In this document: piece after piece, positions 1 to 9,496 of the stretch
How the letters are laid out: each line of letters opens with the position of its first letter
Numbering within the stretch: position 1 is the first letter of the stretch
Source of the DNA: an uncultured Candidatus Rokubacteria bacterium
GTDB taxonomy: Bacteria > Methylomirabilota > Methylomirabilia > Rokubacteriales > CSP1-6
Reading direction: 5' to 3'
DNA: 64,000 nucleotides
Assembly (NCBI GenBank): GCA_963789955.1
Contig: CAWBMV010000034.1
Location: 992,001 to 1,056,000 of the forward strand
Notes under the pieces: generated by a model
Told to the model about the DNA's origin: nothing
The model's input: the letters and a program-made list of their open reading frames with translations, nothing else
Databases searched by the model: none
Program-made: the position numbers and the translations under genes

Positions 1-209
1 TGGCGAAGCTCTTCGCCTCCGAGACCGCGGTCAAGATCACGGACGAAGCGGCCAGGATCTTCGCCTCCTACGGGCTCGCGATGGAGTATCCGGTCCAGCG
101 CTACTTCCGGGACGCGCGCTTCCTCCTGCCGGGAGGAGGCACCTCCGAGATCCTGCGCGTGATCATCGGGCGCGATCTCGACTGGGACCGAGGCCCGGCA
201 TTCGCCTGA
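1..209 (+). CDS. Acyl-CoA dehydrogenase, C-terminal fragment (runs in from the window edge)
   Basis: Read manually from position 3: [57 protein letters not shown]..., TGA at 207-209. Typical ACAD C-terminal motifs (AKLF, R.FRDA, GTSEI). Confidence 0.9.
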   Translation, partial: AKLFASETAVKITDEAARIFASYGLAMEYPVQRYFRDARFLLPGGGTSEILRVIIGRDLDWDRGPAFA

Positions 210-235
210 ACACCTAGCCCCTGACGGGAGGAACG

Positions 236-688
236 ATGCAATCACGCGGACGCTTCTTCGAGGATTTCAAGGTCGGCGAGGTGCTCGTGACCGGCCGCCG
301 CACGGTGGAGGGCGGCGACGTCTCGCGCTTCGCGGGCCTGACCGGCGACTTCAACCCGCTGCACACCGACGAGGTGTTCGCCGCGCAAACGCCGTTCGGC
401 GCCCGCGTGGCTCACGGTATCCTGACTCTCGCGGTGTCCAACGGGCAGCAGAACCTCTCGGGCTGGTTCGAGGGCACGGCCCTGGCGCTCCTCGGGCTCG
501 ACCGGCTGCGGTTCACCGCGCCGGTGAAGTTCGGCGACACCATCAACACCGAGATGACGGTCAAGCAGGCGCGCGAGTCCGCCAAGGGCGACCGCGGCGT
601 CGTGACCTTCGACGTCGTGGTGAAGAATCAGCGCGGCGAGGTGGTCTGCACCTACGAGGAGAACGTGCTCATGCGGAGGCGCGGGTGA
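236..688 (+). CDS. MaoC/PaaZ-like (R)-specific enoyl-CoA hydratase (hot-dog fold)
   Basis: [25 protein letters not shown] and PVKFGDTI motifs; GGGAGG RBS upstream. Confidence 0.9.
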   Translation: MQSRGRFFEDFKVGEVLVTGRRTVEGGDVSRFAGLTGDFNPLHTDEVFAAQTPFGARVAHGILTLAVSNGQQNLSGWFEGTALALLGLDRLRFTAPVKFGDTINTEMTVKQARESAKGDRGVVTFDVVVKNQRGEVVCTYEENVLMRRRG

Positions 689-1428
689 AGCTCCGGGACC
701 GGATCGCGCTGGTCACGGGCGCGGCGAGCGGGATCGGCGCCGCGACGGCGCGTCGGTTCGCGCGCGAAGGCGCGACGGTCGCGATCAACGACGCGAAGCC
801 CGAAGGGCTCGACGCGGTCGCCGGCGAGATCCGCGCGGCCGGCGCGAAGGCGCTGGTGCTGCCGGGCGACGTGACGAAGAAGGCCGACTGCGAGCGGATC
901 GTGCAGGACGTCACCCGGACGTTCGGCCGGCTCGACATCCTGATCAACAACGCCGGGATCAATCGCGACGCGATGGCCGCCAAGATGACCGAGGAGCAGT
1001 GGGATGCGGTCCTGTCGGTGAACCTCAAGGGCACGTTCCTGTGCGCCCAGGCGGCGCTTCCGGGGATGCGCGAGCGGGCCTGGGGGCGGGTCGTCAACAC
1101 CTCGTCCATCGGCTCGCTCGGCAACATCGGGCAGGCGAACTACGCGGCGTCGAAGGCCGGCGTCATCGGGCTCACGAAGACGCTCGCGCTGGAATACGCC
1201 AAGTACGGCGTGACCGTGAACGCGATCGCGCCGGGGCCGGTCATGACGGCGATGCTGGCCGGCGTCCCGGAGGCGATCCGGGAGCGCATCATCGCCCAGG
1301 TGCCGGTCGGGAGAATCGCGTCGCCCGACGAGATCGCGGGGGTGCACGTGTTTCTCGCGTCGGACGATGCCGCGTTCATCACCGGGCAGGTCATCTTCGC
1401 CGACGGCGGGATGTCGGTGGGGATCTGA
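685..1428 (+). CDS. SDR 3-oxoacyl-(ACP/CoA) reductase, FabG/PhaB-like
   Basis: [13 protein letters not shown] and [14 protein letters not shown] (YxxxK) motifs; GTGA overlap with the upstream gene. Confidence 0.92.
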   Translation: MKLRDRIALVTGAASGIGAATARRFAREGATVAINDAKPEGLDAVAGEIRAAGAKALVLPGDVTKKADCERIVQDVTRTFGRLDILINNAGINRDAMAAKMTEEQWDAVLSVNLKGTFLCAQAALPGMRERAWGRVVNTSSIGSLGNIGQANYAASKAGVIGLTKTLALEYAKYGVTVNAIAPGPVMTAMLAGVPEAIRERIIAQVPVGRIASPDEIAGVHVFLASDDAAFITGQVIFADGGMSVGI

Positions 1429-1437
1429 GAGGCGGTC

Positions 1438-2607
1438 ATGAGAAACGTCGCGCTGATCGGAGCGGGGGTCTCGAAGTTCGGCGTTCGGAAGGCGAGCTAT
1501 CGCGACCTGATCTGGGAGGCCGGCAAGGCGTGCTTCGACAGCGTGCCGGCGGTCAAGCCCAAAGACGTCGAAGGTCTCGTCGTCGGGTCGGTCATGCCGG
1601 AGCGGACGGCGTTCCAGTCCCACATCTCGTCGATGGCCGCCGAGGCCCTCGGGATCAGGCCGAGCGCCTTGAGCGCGCGCACGGAGCACATGTGCGCCTC
1701 GGGCACGGTCGGCATTCGCTATGCCTATGCCTTCATCGCCGCCGGACTGGCGGATCTCGTCATGGTGCTCGGCGTGGAGAAGCTGAACCAGCCGAACGGC
1801 GACGAGGCGATCCTGAACATGGGGACGGGTGTCGATCGCGAGTGGGAGGCCTCGTTCGGGCTCACCGCGCCGCCCTGCTTCGCGCTGGCCGCGCAGCGCC
1901 ACATCGCGGAGTACGGGACCACCGAGGAGCAGCTCGCGATGGTCGGCGTGAAGAACCACACGCACGCCTCGAAGAACCCCAACGCGCATTTTCAGCGGGG
2001 CGCGACGCTCGAGCAGGTGCTCGGCTCGCGCATGATCTCCTCGCCGCTCCGGCTCTTCATGTGCTCGCCGATCACCGACGGGGCGGCCGCGGTGCTGGTC
2101 GCGTCGGAGGAGCGCGCGCGCGAATTCACCGACCACCCGGTGTGGATCCGCGGCACCGGCCAGGCGCTCGACGGGTTCCAGCTGACGTCGCTTCACGAGG
2201 ACTACGCGCACTGGCCGGCGCTCGCGCGCGCGGCGCAGTCGGCCTACGGGATGGCGGGCGTGCGGGCGCAGGACATCGACGTCGCCGAGGTCCACGACTG
2301 CTTCGCGATCGCCGAGCTGATCGCCTACGAGGAGCTCGGGTTCTGCCGCAAGGGTGAGGCCGGCGCCTTCGTCGCCGACGGTCGAAGCGACTACGGCGGC
2401 GACGTCGTGGTGAACCCGCGCGGCGGACTCATGGGCTGCGGACATCCGCTCGGCGCCACCGGCGTCGCGCAGGCGGCCGAGGTGTTCGCTCAGCTCCGCG
2501 GCGAGGCCGGCGCCCGCCAGGTCCCGGACGCATCGGTCGGTCTCACGCACAACAACAGCGGGATGGGCGAGCACGTGGTCATGATCTACGGCCGCGAGCG
2601 TCGATGA
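1438..2607 (+). CDS. SCP2-type thiolase
   Basis: MCASG (catalytic Cys), EVHDCF, GHPLGATG; C-terminal HNNSG in place of CxG. Confidence 0.92.
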   Translation: MRNVALIGAGVSKFGVRKASYRDLIWEAGKACFDSVPAVKPKDVEGLVVGSVMPERTAFQSHISSMAAEALGIRPSALSARTEHMCASGTVGIRYAYAFIAAGLADLVMVLGVEKLNQPNGDEAILNMGTGVDREWEASFGLTAPPCFALAAQRHIAEYGTTEEQLAMVGVKNHTHASKNPNAHFQRGATLEQVLGSRMISSPLRLFMCSPITDGAAAVLVASEERAREFTDHPVWIRGTGQALDGFQLTSLHEDYAHWPALARAAQSAYGMAGVRAQDIDVAEVHDCFAIAELIAYEELGFCRKGEAGAFVADGRSDYGGDVVVNPRGGLMGCGHPLGATGVAQAAEVFAQLRGEAGARQVPDASVGLTHNNSGMGEHVVMIYGRERR

Positions 2608-3557
2608 AGCACGTCGCGGTCCTCGGGCCGGGAAGGATCGGGCGCCAGATCGCGCTCGCCTTCGCCCTCGGCGGGAGCCGCGTGTCCCTGGTCGACGTCA
2701 AGACTCGTCCGGCCGGCGGCGCCGCCGCGGTGTTCGCCGATGCGCGACGCGAGGTCCGCCGAGACCTCACGTTGATGGCCGAGGAGGGCGTGATCCAGCG
2801 CGCCGAGATCGAGCCGGCGCTCGGCCGAATCGACGACCGGACCGGGCTCGAAGGCCTCGAAGGCTGCGGGTTCGTGCAGGAAGCGCTGCCCGAGCTCGTC
2901 GACCTCAAGCGCGACGTTCTCGGGCGAGTGTCGGCGGCCGTCTCGCCCGAGACGATCATCGCCTCGACCAGCTCCACGATCTCGCCGAAGCACATGGCCG
3001 ACGCGGTCCGCGGCCCCGAGCGCTTCCTCGTCGTCCACTGGCTGAACCCGGCGCACATCATCCCGCTCGTGGAGGTCGTACCCGGACAGGCGACCGCGAG
3101 CACGGTCGTCGAGCGGACCATCGCCGCCCTCGAGAAGCTCGGCAAGGTTCCCGTGCGCTGCGCCGACTCGCCCGGATTCATCGGACCCCGGATGCAGGCG
3201 CTGCTGATGAACGAGGCCGTGCGTCTGGTCGAGGAAGGCGTCGCGACGCCGGAAGACGTCGACCGCGCCTTCAAGGCCGGCATGGGGTTTCGCTACGCGA
3301 CGGTCGGCATCTTCGAGTTCATCGACTGGGGCGGCGTCGACATCCTCCACCGCGCGAGCGGGTTCCTGGCCAAGGCGCTCGGCGACGACCGCTTTCGCGC
3401 CGCGCGGCTGGTCGAGGAGAAAATCGCGCGCAACGAGCTCGGCCCGAAGACCGGGCGCGGCTTCTTCGACTACGCGGGCGATCGGCGCGAGGCGTTCGAG
3501 ACCGCCAAGGTGCGCGACCTGCTCCGCCAGCTCCGGCGCCGGCGGGAGACGACGTGA
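2604..3557 (+). CDS. 3-hydroxyacyl-CoA (3-hydroxybutyryl-CoA-like) dehydrogenase
   Basis: GPGRIG Rossmann motif, EALPE, STSST, HWLNP..IPLVEVV, PGFI..R, KTGRGFFDY. Confidence 0.9.
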   Translation: MKHVAVLGPGRIGRQIALAFALGGSRVSLVDVKTRPAGGAAAVFADARREVRRDLTLMAEEGVIQRAEIEPALGRIDDRTGLEGLEGCGFVQEALPELVDLKRDVLGRVSAAVSPETIIASTSSTISPKHMADAVRGPERFLVVHWLNPAHIIPLVEVVPGQATASTVVERTIAALEKLGKVPVRCADSPGFIGPRMQALLMNEAVRLVEEGVATPEDVDRAFKAGMGFRYATVGIFEFIDWGGVDILHRASGFLAKALGDDRFRAARLVEEKIARNELGPKTGRGFFDYAGDRREAFETAKVRDLLRQLRRRRETT

Positions 3558-3982
3558 GCTACTTCCGGGCCACCGATCCGTTTCCGCTGGAGTCGGCCGA
3601 GCACACGAAGCTCCACGAGTTCTACGCGCGGCTCGCCGCCGGGCGGCTGGCGACGACGCGGTGCGCGGGCTGCAAGCGGCTCGCCTGGCCGCCGCGCGCG
3701 TTCTGTGGTGAATGCGGCTCGGACGCGTTCGACTGGGTCGACCTGTCGGGTGAAGGCACGATCCACGCGTTCACGATTCAGGAGGTGGGATTGCCCGGCG
3801 GCTTCGCGGGCCCGCGCGTCTTCGCGATCGTGAAGATCGATGGCCTCCGCGTGTTCTCGATCCTGGTCGACGCCGAGCCGGCGAAGGTGGCGATCGGCCA
3901 GGCCGTCCGCGTGTCGCCGCTCAGGGTCGCCGACGACCCGAACGGCAACGCGCGCTGGCTGCCGGCGTTCCGTCCGGCATGA
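3554..3982 (+). CDS. DUF35 Zn-ribbon/OB-fold protein (thiolase partner)
   Basis: CAGC...[11 protein letters not shown] followed by [10 protein letters not shown]. Confidence 0.88.
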   Translation: MSYFRATDPFPLESAEHTKLHEFYARLAAGRLATTRCAGCKRLAWPPRAFCGECGSDAFDWVDLSGEGTIHAFTIQEVGLPGGFAGPRVFAIVKIDGLRVFSILVDAEPAKVAIGQAVRVSPLRVADDPNGNARWLPAFRPA

Positions 3983-4362
3983 AGGTGCTGATCGCCAAGC
4001 CCGGGCTCGACGGCCACGATCGGGGCGCCAAGGTCGTGGCCCACGCGCTCCGCGACGCGGGATTCGAGGTGGTCTACTCCGGACTCAAGCGGACGCCGGA
4101 CGAGATCGTGCGGGAAGCGATCCAGGAGGACGTCGACGTCATCGGTCTCTCGGTGCTCTCGGGCGCCCACCTCTTGCTGGCGCGCCGGATCATCGACGGG
4201 CTGCGGGCCCAGGACGCCGGCGACATCGCGGTGGTCGTCGGGGGTATCATTCCTCCGCGTGACGTCGAGGCGCTGAAGCAGCTGGGCGTGCGCCACGTGT
4301 TCCCGATGGGGACGCCGCTCCCCGACATCGTGAAGGCGTTCAAGAAGGAGCCGCCGCGTTGA
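3979..4362 (+). CDS. Acyl-CoA mutase small, cobalamin-binding subunit
   Basis: [13 protein letters not shown] (DxHxxG), [15 protein letters not shown]. Confidence 0.95.
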   Translation: MKVLIAKPGLDGHDRGAKVVAHALRDAGFEVVYSGLKRTPDEIVREAIQEDVDVIGLSVLSGAHLLLARRIIDGLRAQDAGDIAVVVGGIIPPRDVEALKQLGVRHVFPMGTPLPDIVKAFKKEPPR

Positions 4363-4410
4363 TTCCGCCGTGGGTCGACTTTCTCGAGCGATAGGGTCCA
4401 GGAGAACACG

Positions 4411-6006
4411 ATGAAAGAGATCAAAGCGCACGCCGGCTTCCCGATCGCACCGGTCTATGGTCCCGAGGACGTCGCGGGTGTCGACTTCGACCGCGACATC
4501 GGGCGGCCCGGCGAGTATCCGTACACGCGCGGGATCCACAAGCACATGTACCGCGACCGGCTCTGGACGATGCGCCAGTACGTCGGCTTCGGCACGCCGG
4601 CGGAGACCAACGCCCGATTCAAGTACCTGATGGCGCACGGGCAGGATGCGCTCAACGTCGCCTTCGACCTGCCGACGCAGCTCGGCCTCGACTCCGACGA
4701 TCCCAAGGCGGAAGGCGAGGTCGGTCGGGTCGGGATGGCGGTCGACACGCTCGCCGACATGGAGGAAGCGTTCGCCGGCATCCCGCTCGACCGCGTGAGC
4801 GTGTCGCTCACGATCAACGGCATGGCCGCGCCGATCACCGCCATGTACTACGCCGTCGCCGAGAAGCAGGGCGTGGCCGCCGAGCGCGTGGTCACCACGC
4901 CGCAGAACGACATCCTGAAAGAGTTCATCGCACGGGGCACGTGGATCTATCCGGTCGATCCCTCGCTGCGCCTCGTCGCGGATCTCATCGAGTTCTCGGC
5001 GCGCCACTATCCGCGCGCCAACCCCGTGTCCGTCTGCGGCTATCACATCCGCGAGGCCGGGTGCACCACCGCGCAGGAGATGGCGTACGGTCTGGCGATC
5101 GCCGCCGCCTACATCGAGCTGATGCTCGCGCGCGGCCTGGCGGTGGACGACTTCGCGCCGCGGATCTCGTTCAACTTCACCGCCTGGGGAAAGATCTTCG
5201 AGGAGGTCGCGAAGTTCCGCGCGGGGCGGCGGCTCTACGCGCGTATGCTCCGCGAGCGCTTCCACGCGTCCAATCCGAAATCGTGGATGTTCCGGAGCCT
5301 GATCGGCGGCGGCGGCTCGGCGTTCGCGGTCCAGGAGCCCGAGAACAACATCGTGCGCGGCGCGTACATCGCGCTCGCCGCGTCGCTCTCGGGCGCGCAG
5401 ACGATGGCGCTGCCGACCTACGACGAGGCGTACACCATCCCGTCGCCCAAGGCTCAGCTGATCGCGCTGCGCACGATGCAGATCTGCGCCGAGGAGTCGG
5501 GCGCGGCCGACACGGTGGATCCGCTCGCCGGCTCGTACTACGTGGAGTCCCTCACCAACGCGATGGAGAAGCGGATCGGGGAGGAGCTGGCGAGCGTCGA
5601 GCGCATGGGCGGCATCGTCGAGGCCGTCCGGACCGGCGCGATCCAGGCGGAGGTGGCGCGCCAGGCGTACCTGTACGAGCAGAGGGTCGTCTCGGGCGAG
5701 ATCCCGCGCGTCGCGGTCAACTGCCACGTCGGCGACGTCCCCGCCGAGGCCGATCGCGAGGTGGAGCTCTACGCCTTCGATTCGAAGGCGCACGCCGCTC
5801 AGCTGGCCAAGCTCGAGCGTACCCGCGCCCAGCGGGACGGCAGCGCGGCGCGGACGGCGCTGCGCCGGGTGGCCGAGGCGGCGCGCGGACGAGACAATCT
5901 GATGGACCCGATCATGGAAGCCGTGAAGGCGTACGCGACGCTCGGCGAGATCGCCCAGGCCATGCGCGACGTGTTCGGCGAGCACAAGGAAGCCGTGAAG
6001 TTCTGA
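4411..6006 (+). CDS. Adenosylcobalamin-dependent acyl-CoA mutase large subunit (methylmalonyl-CoA mutase family, atypical active site)
   Basis: [61 protein letters not shown]. Confidence 0.93.
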   Translation: MKEIKAHAGFPIAPVYGPEDVAGVDFDRDIGRPGEYPYTRGIHKHMYRDRLWTMRQYVGFGTPAETNARFKYLMAHGQDALNVAFDLPTQLGLDSDDPKAEGEVGRVGMAVDTLADMEEAFAGIPLDRVSVSLTINGMAAPITAMYYAVAEKQGVAAERVVTTPQNDILKEFIARGTWIYPVDPSLRLVADLIEFSARHYPRANPVSVCGYHIREAGCTTAQEMAYGLAIAAAYIELMLARGLAVDDFAPRISFNFTAWGKIFEEVAKFRAGRRLYARMLRERFHASNPKSWMFRSLIGGGGSAFAVQEPENNIVRGAYIALAASLSGAQTMALPTYDEAYTIPSPKAQLIALRTMQICAEESGAADTVDPLAGSYYVESLTNAMEKRIGEELASVERMGGIVEAVRTGAIQAEVARQAYLYEQRVVSGEIPRVAVNCHVGDVPAEADREVELYAFDSKAHAAQLAKLERTRAQRDGSAARTALRRVAEAARGRDNLMDPIMEAVKAYATLGEIAQAMRDVFGEHKEAVKF

Positions 6007-6008
6007 CG

Positions 6009-8294
6009 ATGGCCGAGCCGTTCGACGTCATCGGCAAATCGACCCCCAAGCGGGACGGCCCGGACAAGGTCACCGGGCGGACGCGCTATCTGCACGACCT
6101 CGAGCTGCCAAGGCTCTTGCACGGAAAGATCTTGCGCACGCCGGTGCCGCACGCACGGATCGTCCGGGTCGACACGAGCCGCGCCCGCGCGCTGCCGGGC
6201 GTGCTGGCGGTGCTGACGGGCGAAGACGTCGAGCAGCGGCCCTTCGGCTTCGCCAAGGACCAGATCGCGCTCAAGCGCGGCAAGGTGCGGTGCATCCGGG
6301 ACGAGGTGGCGGCGGTGGCGGCCGAGACGGCCGAGATCGCAGAGGAAGCACTCGCGTTGATCGACGCCGACTACGCGCCGCTGCCAGCGGTGTTCGATCC
6401 GCTGGCCGCGCTCGAGCCGGGCGCGCCGCTCGTGCACGAGGAGCTCACGACCAACGCGCATCATCTCCGCTACCGATTCGTTCACGGCGACGTCGACCGC
6501 GCGTTCGACGAGGCGGCGGCCGTGGTCGAGGACACGTACCGGTTGAACTTCGTCACGCCGGCGTGTCTCGGCACGATGGTCGCCATCGCCGACTGGGAGC
6601 CCACCACCGGCAGCCTCACCATGTGGTCCACGACCCAGGTGCCGTTCCTGTACCAGCGCGACCTCGGCGAGGCGCTCGGGATCGGCGGCGATCGCGTCCG
6701 GGTGCTGCAGCCTCCGGTCGGCGGCAACTTCGGCCGAGGCCTCGACATCTACCCGATCGACGTCATCGCCGCCATGCTCGCCCGCGCGGCGCGTCGGCCG
6801 GTGAAGATCGAGTTCGACCGCGTGGAGGAGTTCGTGGCCTGTCCGACGCGCGAGCCGTGCGCGATCCGGCTGCGCACGGCGGCCGACCGGGACGGACGGC
6901 TCCTCGCTCGCGACGCGCACGTGACGATCGACAGCGGCGCCTACACCTCCTGGGGCTCGACGACGCCCTACGTGATGATGTCGACGGTCGCCGGGCTCTA
7001 CCGGGTGCCGAACGTACGTTTCGACACGAGGATCGCGTACACGAACAATCCCTACTCCGGCTCGATGCGCGGCTACGGCAATCCCGAGTCCACGTTCGCG
7101 GTCGAGTCGCAGATGGACGACCTGGCCGATCGGCTCGGCATGGATCGACTCGAGCTCAGACGGCGGAACGTGACGAAGTCGGGCGACGTCAACCCCCAGG
7201 GATTCGTGCTCACCTCGTTCGCGATGCGTGAGTGCCTCGAGGCCGCGGCGGAGGAGATCGCGAAGACCCCGCCGCCAACGGTGCCCGGCTGGAAGCGCGG
7301 TGTCGGCTACGCCGGCATGTTCCACGTCGGCGGCGGCGCGCGCATCTACCGCTCGGACGGGTGCGGCGCGATCGTGAAGCTCGACGACTTCGGCAAGGTC
7401 ACGCTCATCACGGGCGCGAGCGAGATCGGCCAGGGCTCGGAGACGGTGCTCGCCATGATCGTCGCCGAGACGCTCGGCGTGCCGCTCGAGCGGGTCGACG
7501 TCGTCAACTCGGACACGAGCGTCAGACCCTGGGACGTCGGCACCCACGCGAGCCGCACGACGTTCGTCGCCGGCAATGCCGCGCGTCTGGCCGCGGAGAA
7601 GGTGAAGGCGCAGCTGCTCGAGACGGCCGCCGTGCAGTTCGGGGAGCCCGCGTCCGCGCTCTCTGTGAAGGGCGGCTGGGTCTTCGTCGAGCGCGACCCG
7701 CCGCGCCGACTCCAGTACGAGGCGGTGGGACGCGCGGGCCACTTCCGGGGCGGCGGCCGCATGCTGGTGGCCGAAGCGTTCTATGATCCGCCGACCACGA
7801 TGCTCGACAAGGATTTTCAGGGCAACGTGTCGGCCGCCTACACCTCGGCGTTTCAGGCGGTGCTCGTCGACGTCGATCCCGAGACGGGGCGAGTCGCCGT
7901 CCGCAAGGTCGTGTCCGCGCACGACGTCGGCCGGGCGCTGAATCCGGCCGCTGCCGAGGGCCAGGTGCACGGGGGCATCCACATGGGGCTCGGCTATGCG
8001 CTCTCCGAGAAGCTCGTCGTGGAGCAGGGCCAGGTGCTGAGCCAGACGTTCATGGACTATGCGGTGTTCAAGGCCGACGACATGCCCGAGATCGTCGTGC
8101 GGCTGATCGAATCCGTCGACGCCGAGGGGCCCTTCGGGGCCAAGGGCCTGGGCGAGTCCGGCGTGATTCCCGTCGCCGCCGCCGTTCGCAACGCGATCAA
8201 GGACGCGATCGGTGAGCGATTCACCGAGCTGCCGATCACCTCCGACCGCGTGCTCGTGTCCATTCAGCGGGCGGCCACACGCCATCCGCGGTAG
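6009..8294 (+). CDS. Xanthine dehydrogenase family molybdopterin-binding large subunit
   Basis: True start is ATG 6009 inside ORF 4941..8294. KVTG...Y, HARI, GGNFG, MRGYG, GQGSET, ASRTT, EGQVHGG and GAKGLGE motifs. Confidence 0.92.
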   Translation: MAEPFDVIGKSTPKRDGPDKVTGRTRYLHDLELPRLLHGKILRTPVPHARIVRVDTSRARALPGVLAVLTGEDVEQRPFGFAKDQIALKRGKVRCIRDEVAAVAAETAEIAEEALALIDADYAPLPAVFDPLAALEPGAPLVHEELTTNAHHLRYRFVHGDVDRAFDEAAAVVEDTYRLNFVTPACLGTMVAIADWEPTTGSLTMWSTTQVPFLYQRDLGEALGIGGDRVRVLQPPVGGNFGRGLDIYPIDVIAAMLARAARRPVKIEFDRVEEFVACPTREPCAIRLRTAADRDGRLLARDAHVTIDSGAYTSWGSTTPYVMMSTVAGLYRVPNVRFDTRIAYTNNPYSGSMRGYGNPESTFAVESQMDDLADRLGMDRLELRRRNVTKSGDVNPQGFVLTSFAMRECLEAAAEEIAKTPPPTVPGWKRGVGYAGMFHVGGGARIYRSDGCGAIVKLDDFGKVTLITGASEIGQGSETVLAMIVAETLGVPLERVDVVNSDTSVRPWDVGTHASRTTFVAGNAARLAAEKVKAQLLETAAVQFGEPASALSVKGGWVFVERDPPRRLQYEAVGRAGHFRGGGRMLVAEAFYDPPTTMLDKDFQGNVSAAYTSAFQAVLVDVDPETGRVAVRKVVSAHDVGRALNPAAAEGQVHGGIHMGLGYALSEKLVVEQGQVLSQTFMDYAVFKADDMPEIVVRLIESVDAEGPFGAKGLGESGVIPVAAAVRNAIKDAIGERFTELPITSDRVLVSIQRAATRHPR

Positions 8295-8302
8295 GAGTCG
8301 AT

Positions 8303-9496
8303 ATGAAGCTCTTCGAAGGCGTTCGCGTGCTGGACCTCTCACGGATGCTGGCGGGGCCGTACGGCTCCATGCTGCTCGCCGACATGGGCGCCGAGGTGAT
8401 CAAGATCGAGGATCCCGACGGCGGCGACCCGATGCGGATCATGGGGCCGCCGTTTTTGCCCGACGGCGAGTCGGCGTACTTCCTCGCGATCAACCGCAAC
8501 AAGAAGTCGCTCGCGCTCGATCTGGCGCGCGACCGCGGCCGCGAGGTGTTCTACGACCTCGTCCGGCAGTCGGACGTCGTCTGGGAGAACTTCCGGCCGG
8601 GCATCATGGAGCGGCTCGGCCTCGCGTACTCGAAGCTCTGGTCGCTCAATCAACGGATCATCGTCTGCTCGGTCTCGGCCTACGGGCAGGACGGGCCCTA
8701 TCGCGACTGGCCGGCGTTCGACCTCGCGCTGCAGGCGATGGGCGGCGCGATGTCCGTCACCGGCGAGGCGGGCGGCCGGCCGGTGCGCATGGGCTTGCCG
8801 ATGGCGGATCTCGCCGGCGGCATGTTCGGCGCCTTCTCCATCGCCGGCGCGCTGTTCCGCCGCGAGCGGACGGGCGAGGGCGCTCACATCGACCTCTCGC
8901 TGCTCGACTGTCAGGTCTCGCTCCTCACGTACATCGCGCAGTACTTCTGGACGAACGGGCGCGTGCCGATTCCGCTCGGCTCCGGCCACGCCTCGGTCGT
9001 GCCGTACTCGGCGCTGCAGACTCGTGACGGGCACCTGATCGTCGCGATCTTCGCCGAGAAGTTCTGGCCGCTCTTCTGCCGCGCGGTCGAGCATCCGGAG
9101 TGGGAGCGCGATCTGCGATTCGCCACCAATCGCGACCGGGTTCTGCATCGCGACGTCCTGATGCCGCTCGTCGAGGCCGCGTTCCGCACGCGCACGACCC
9201 GGGAGTGGCTCGAGCGGTTGCAGGGCGCGAACGTGCCGGCGACGCCGATCCTCAGCGTCGATCGCGTGCTGTCCGATCCGCAGGTGCTTCAGCGCGGCAT
9301 GGTCGTGGAGATGAACCATCCGCGCCACGGAAAGACGCAGACGCTCGGCTCGCCGGTCAAGATCGACGGCGCGCTGGGCCTCGAGGTGACGCCGCCGCCA
9401 CGGCTCGGCGAGCACACGAACGACATCCTGTCCCGTGTGCTCAAGTACACGAACGTGAAGATCGCGGAGCTCCACGCGACCGGAGCCATCGCGTGA
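8303..9496 (+). CDS. Class III CoA-transferase (CaiB/BaiF family)
   Basis: VLDLSRMLAGP, GAEVIKIE, NRNKKS, ENFRPG, catalytic Asp in PMADLAGG, PPRLGEHT. Confidence 0.93.
   Translation: MKLFEGVRVLDLSRMLAGPYGSMLLADMGAEVIKIEDPDGGDPMRIMGPPFLPDGESAYFLAINRNKKSLALDLARDRGREVFYDLVRQSDVVWENFRPGIMERLGLAYSKLWSLNQRIIVCSVSAYGQDGPYRDWPAFDLALQAMGGAMSVTGEAGGRPVRMGLPMADLAGGMFGAFSIAGALFRRERTGEGAHIDLSLLDCQVSLLTYIAQYFWTNGRVPIPLGSGHASVVPYSALQTRDGHLIVAIFAEKFWPLFCRAVEHPEWERDLRFATNRDRVLHRDVLMPLVEAAFRTRTTREWLERLQGANVPATPILSVDRVLSDPQVLQRGMVVEMNHPRHGKTQTLGSPVKIDGALGLEVTPPPRLGEHTNDILSRVLKYTNVKIAELHATGAIA

Noticed and set aside
4363..4410. Cobalamin riboswitch near the mutase genes (also checked 33026-33234 and 38524-38595)
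   Set aside because: The gaps are too short or lack recognisable B12-box elements.
4411..6006. Calling this gene ecm or plain mutA/mcm
   Set aside because: It lacks Ecm-type motifs and a fused B12 domain, has no ccr or epimerase nearby, and its pocket residues differ from MCM.
4941..6008. N-terminal extension of the Mo-enzyme (1117-aa ORF)
   Set aside because: Off-frame overlap with the mutase gene; no FeS cysteine motifs; family similarity starts at ATG 6009.
652..8342. Long antisense ORFs (652..2574, 3778..5985, 5799..8342 and many similar ones across the window)
   Set aside because: Shadow ORFs of high-GC genes: Arg/Ala/Gly-rich, no motifs, fully overlapping well-supported genes on the other strand.
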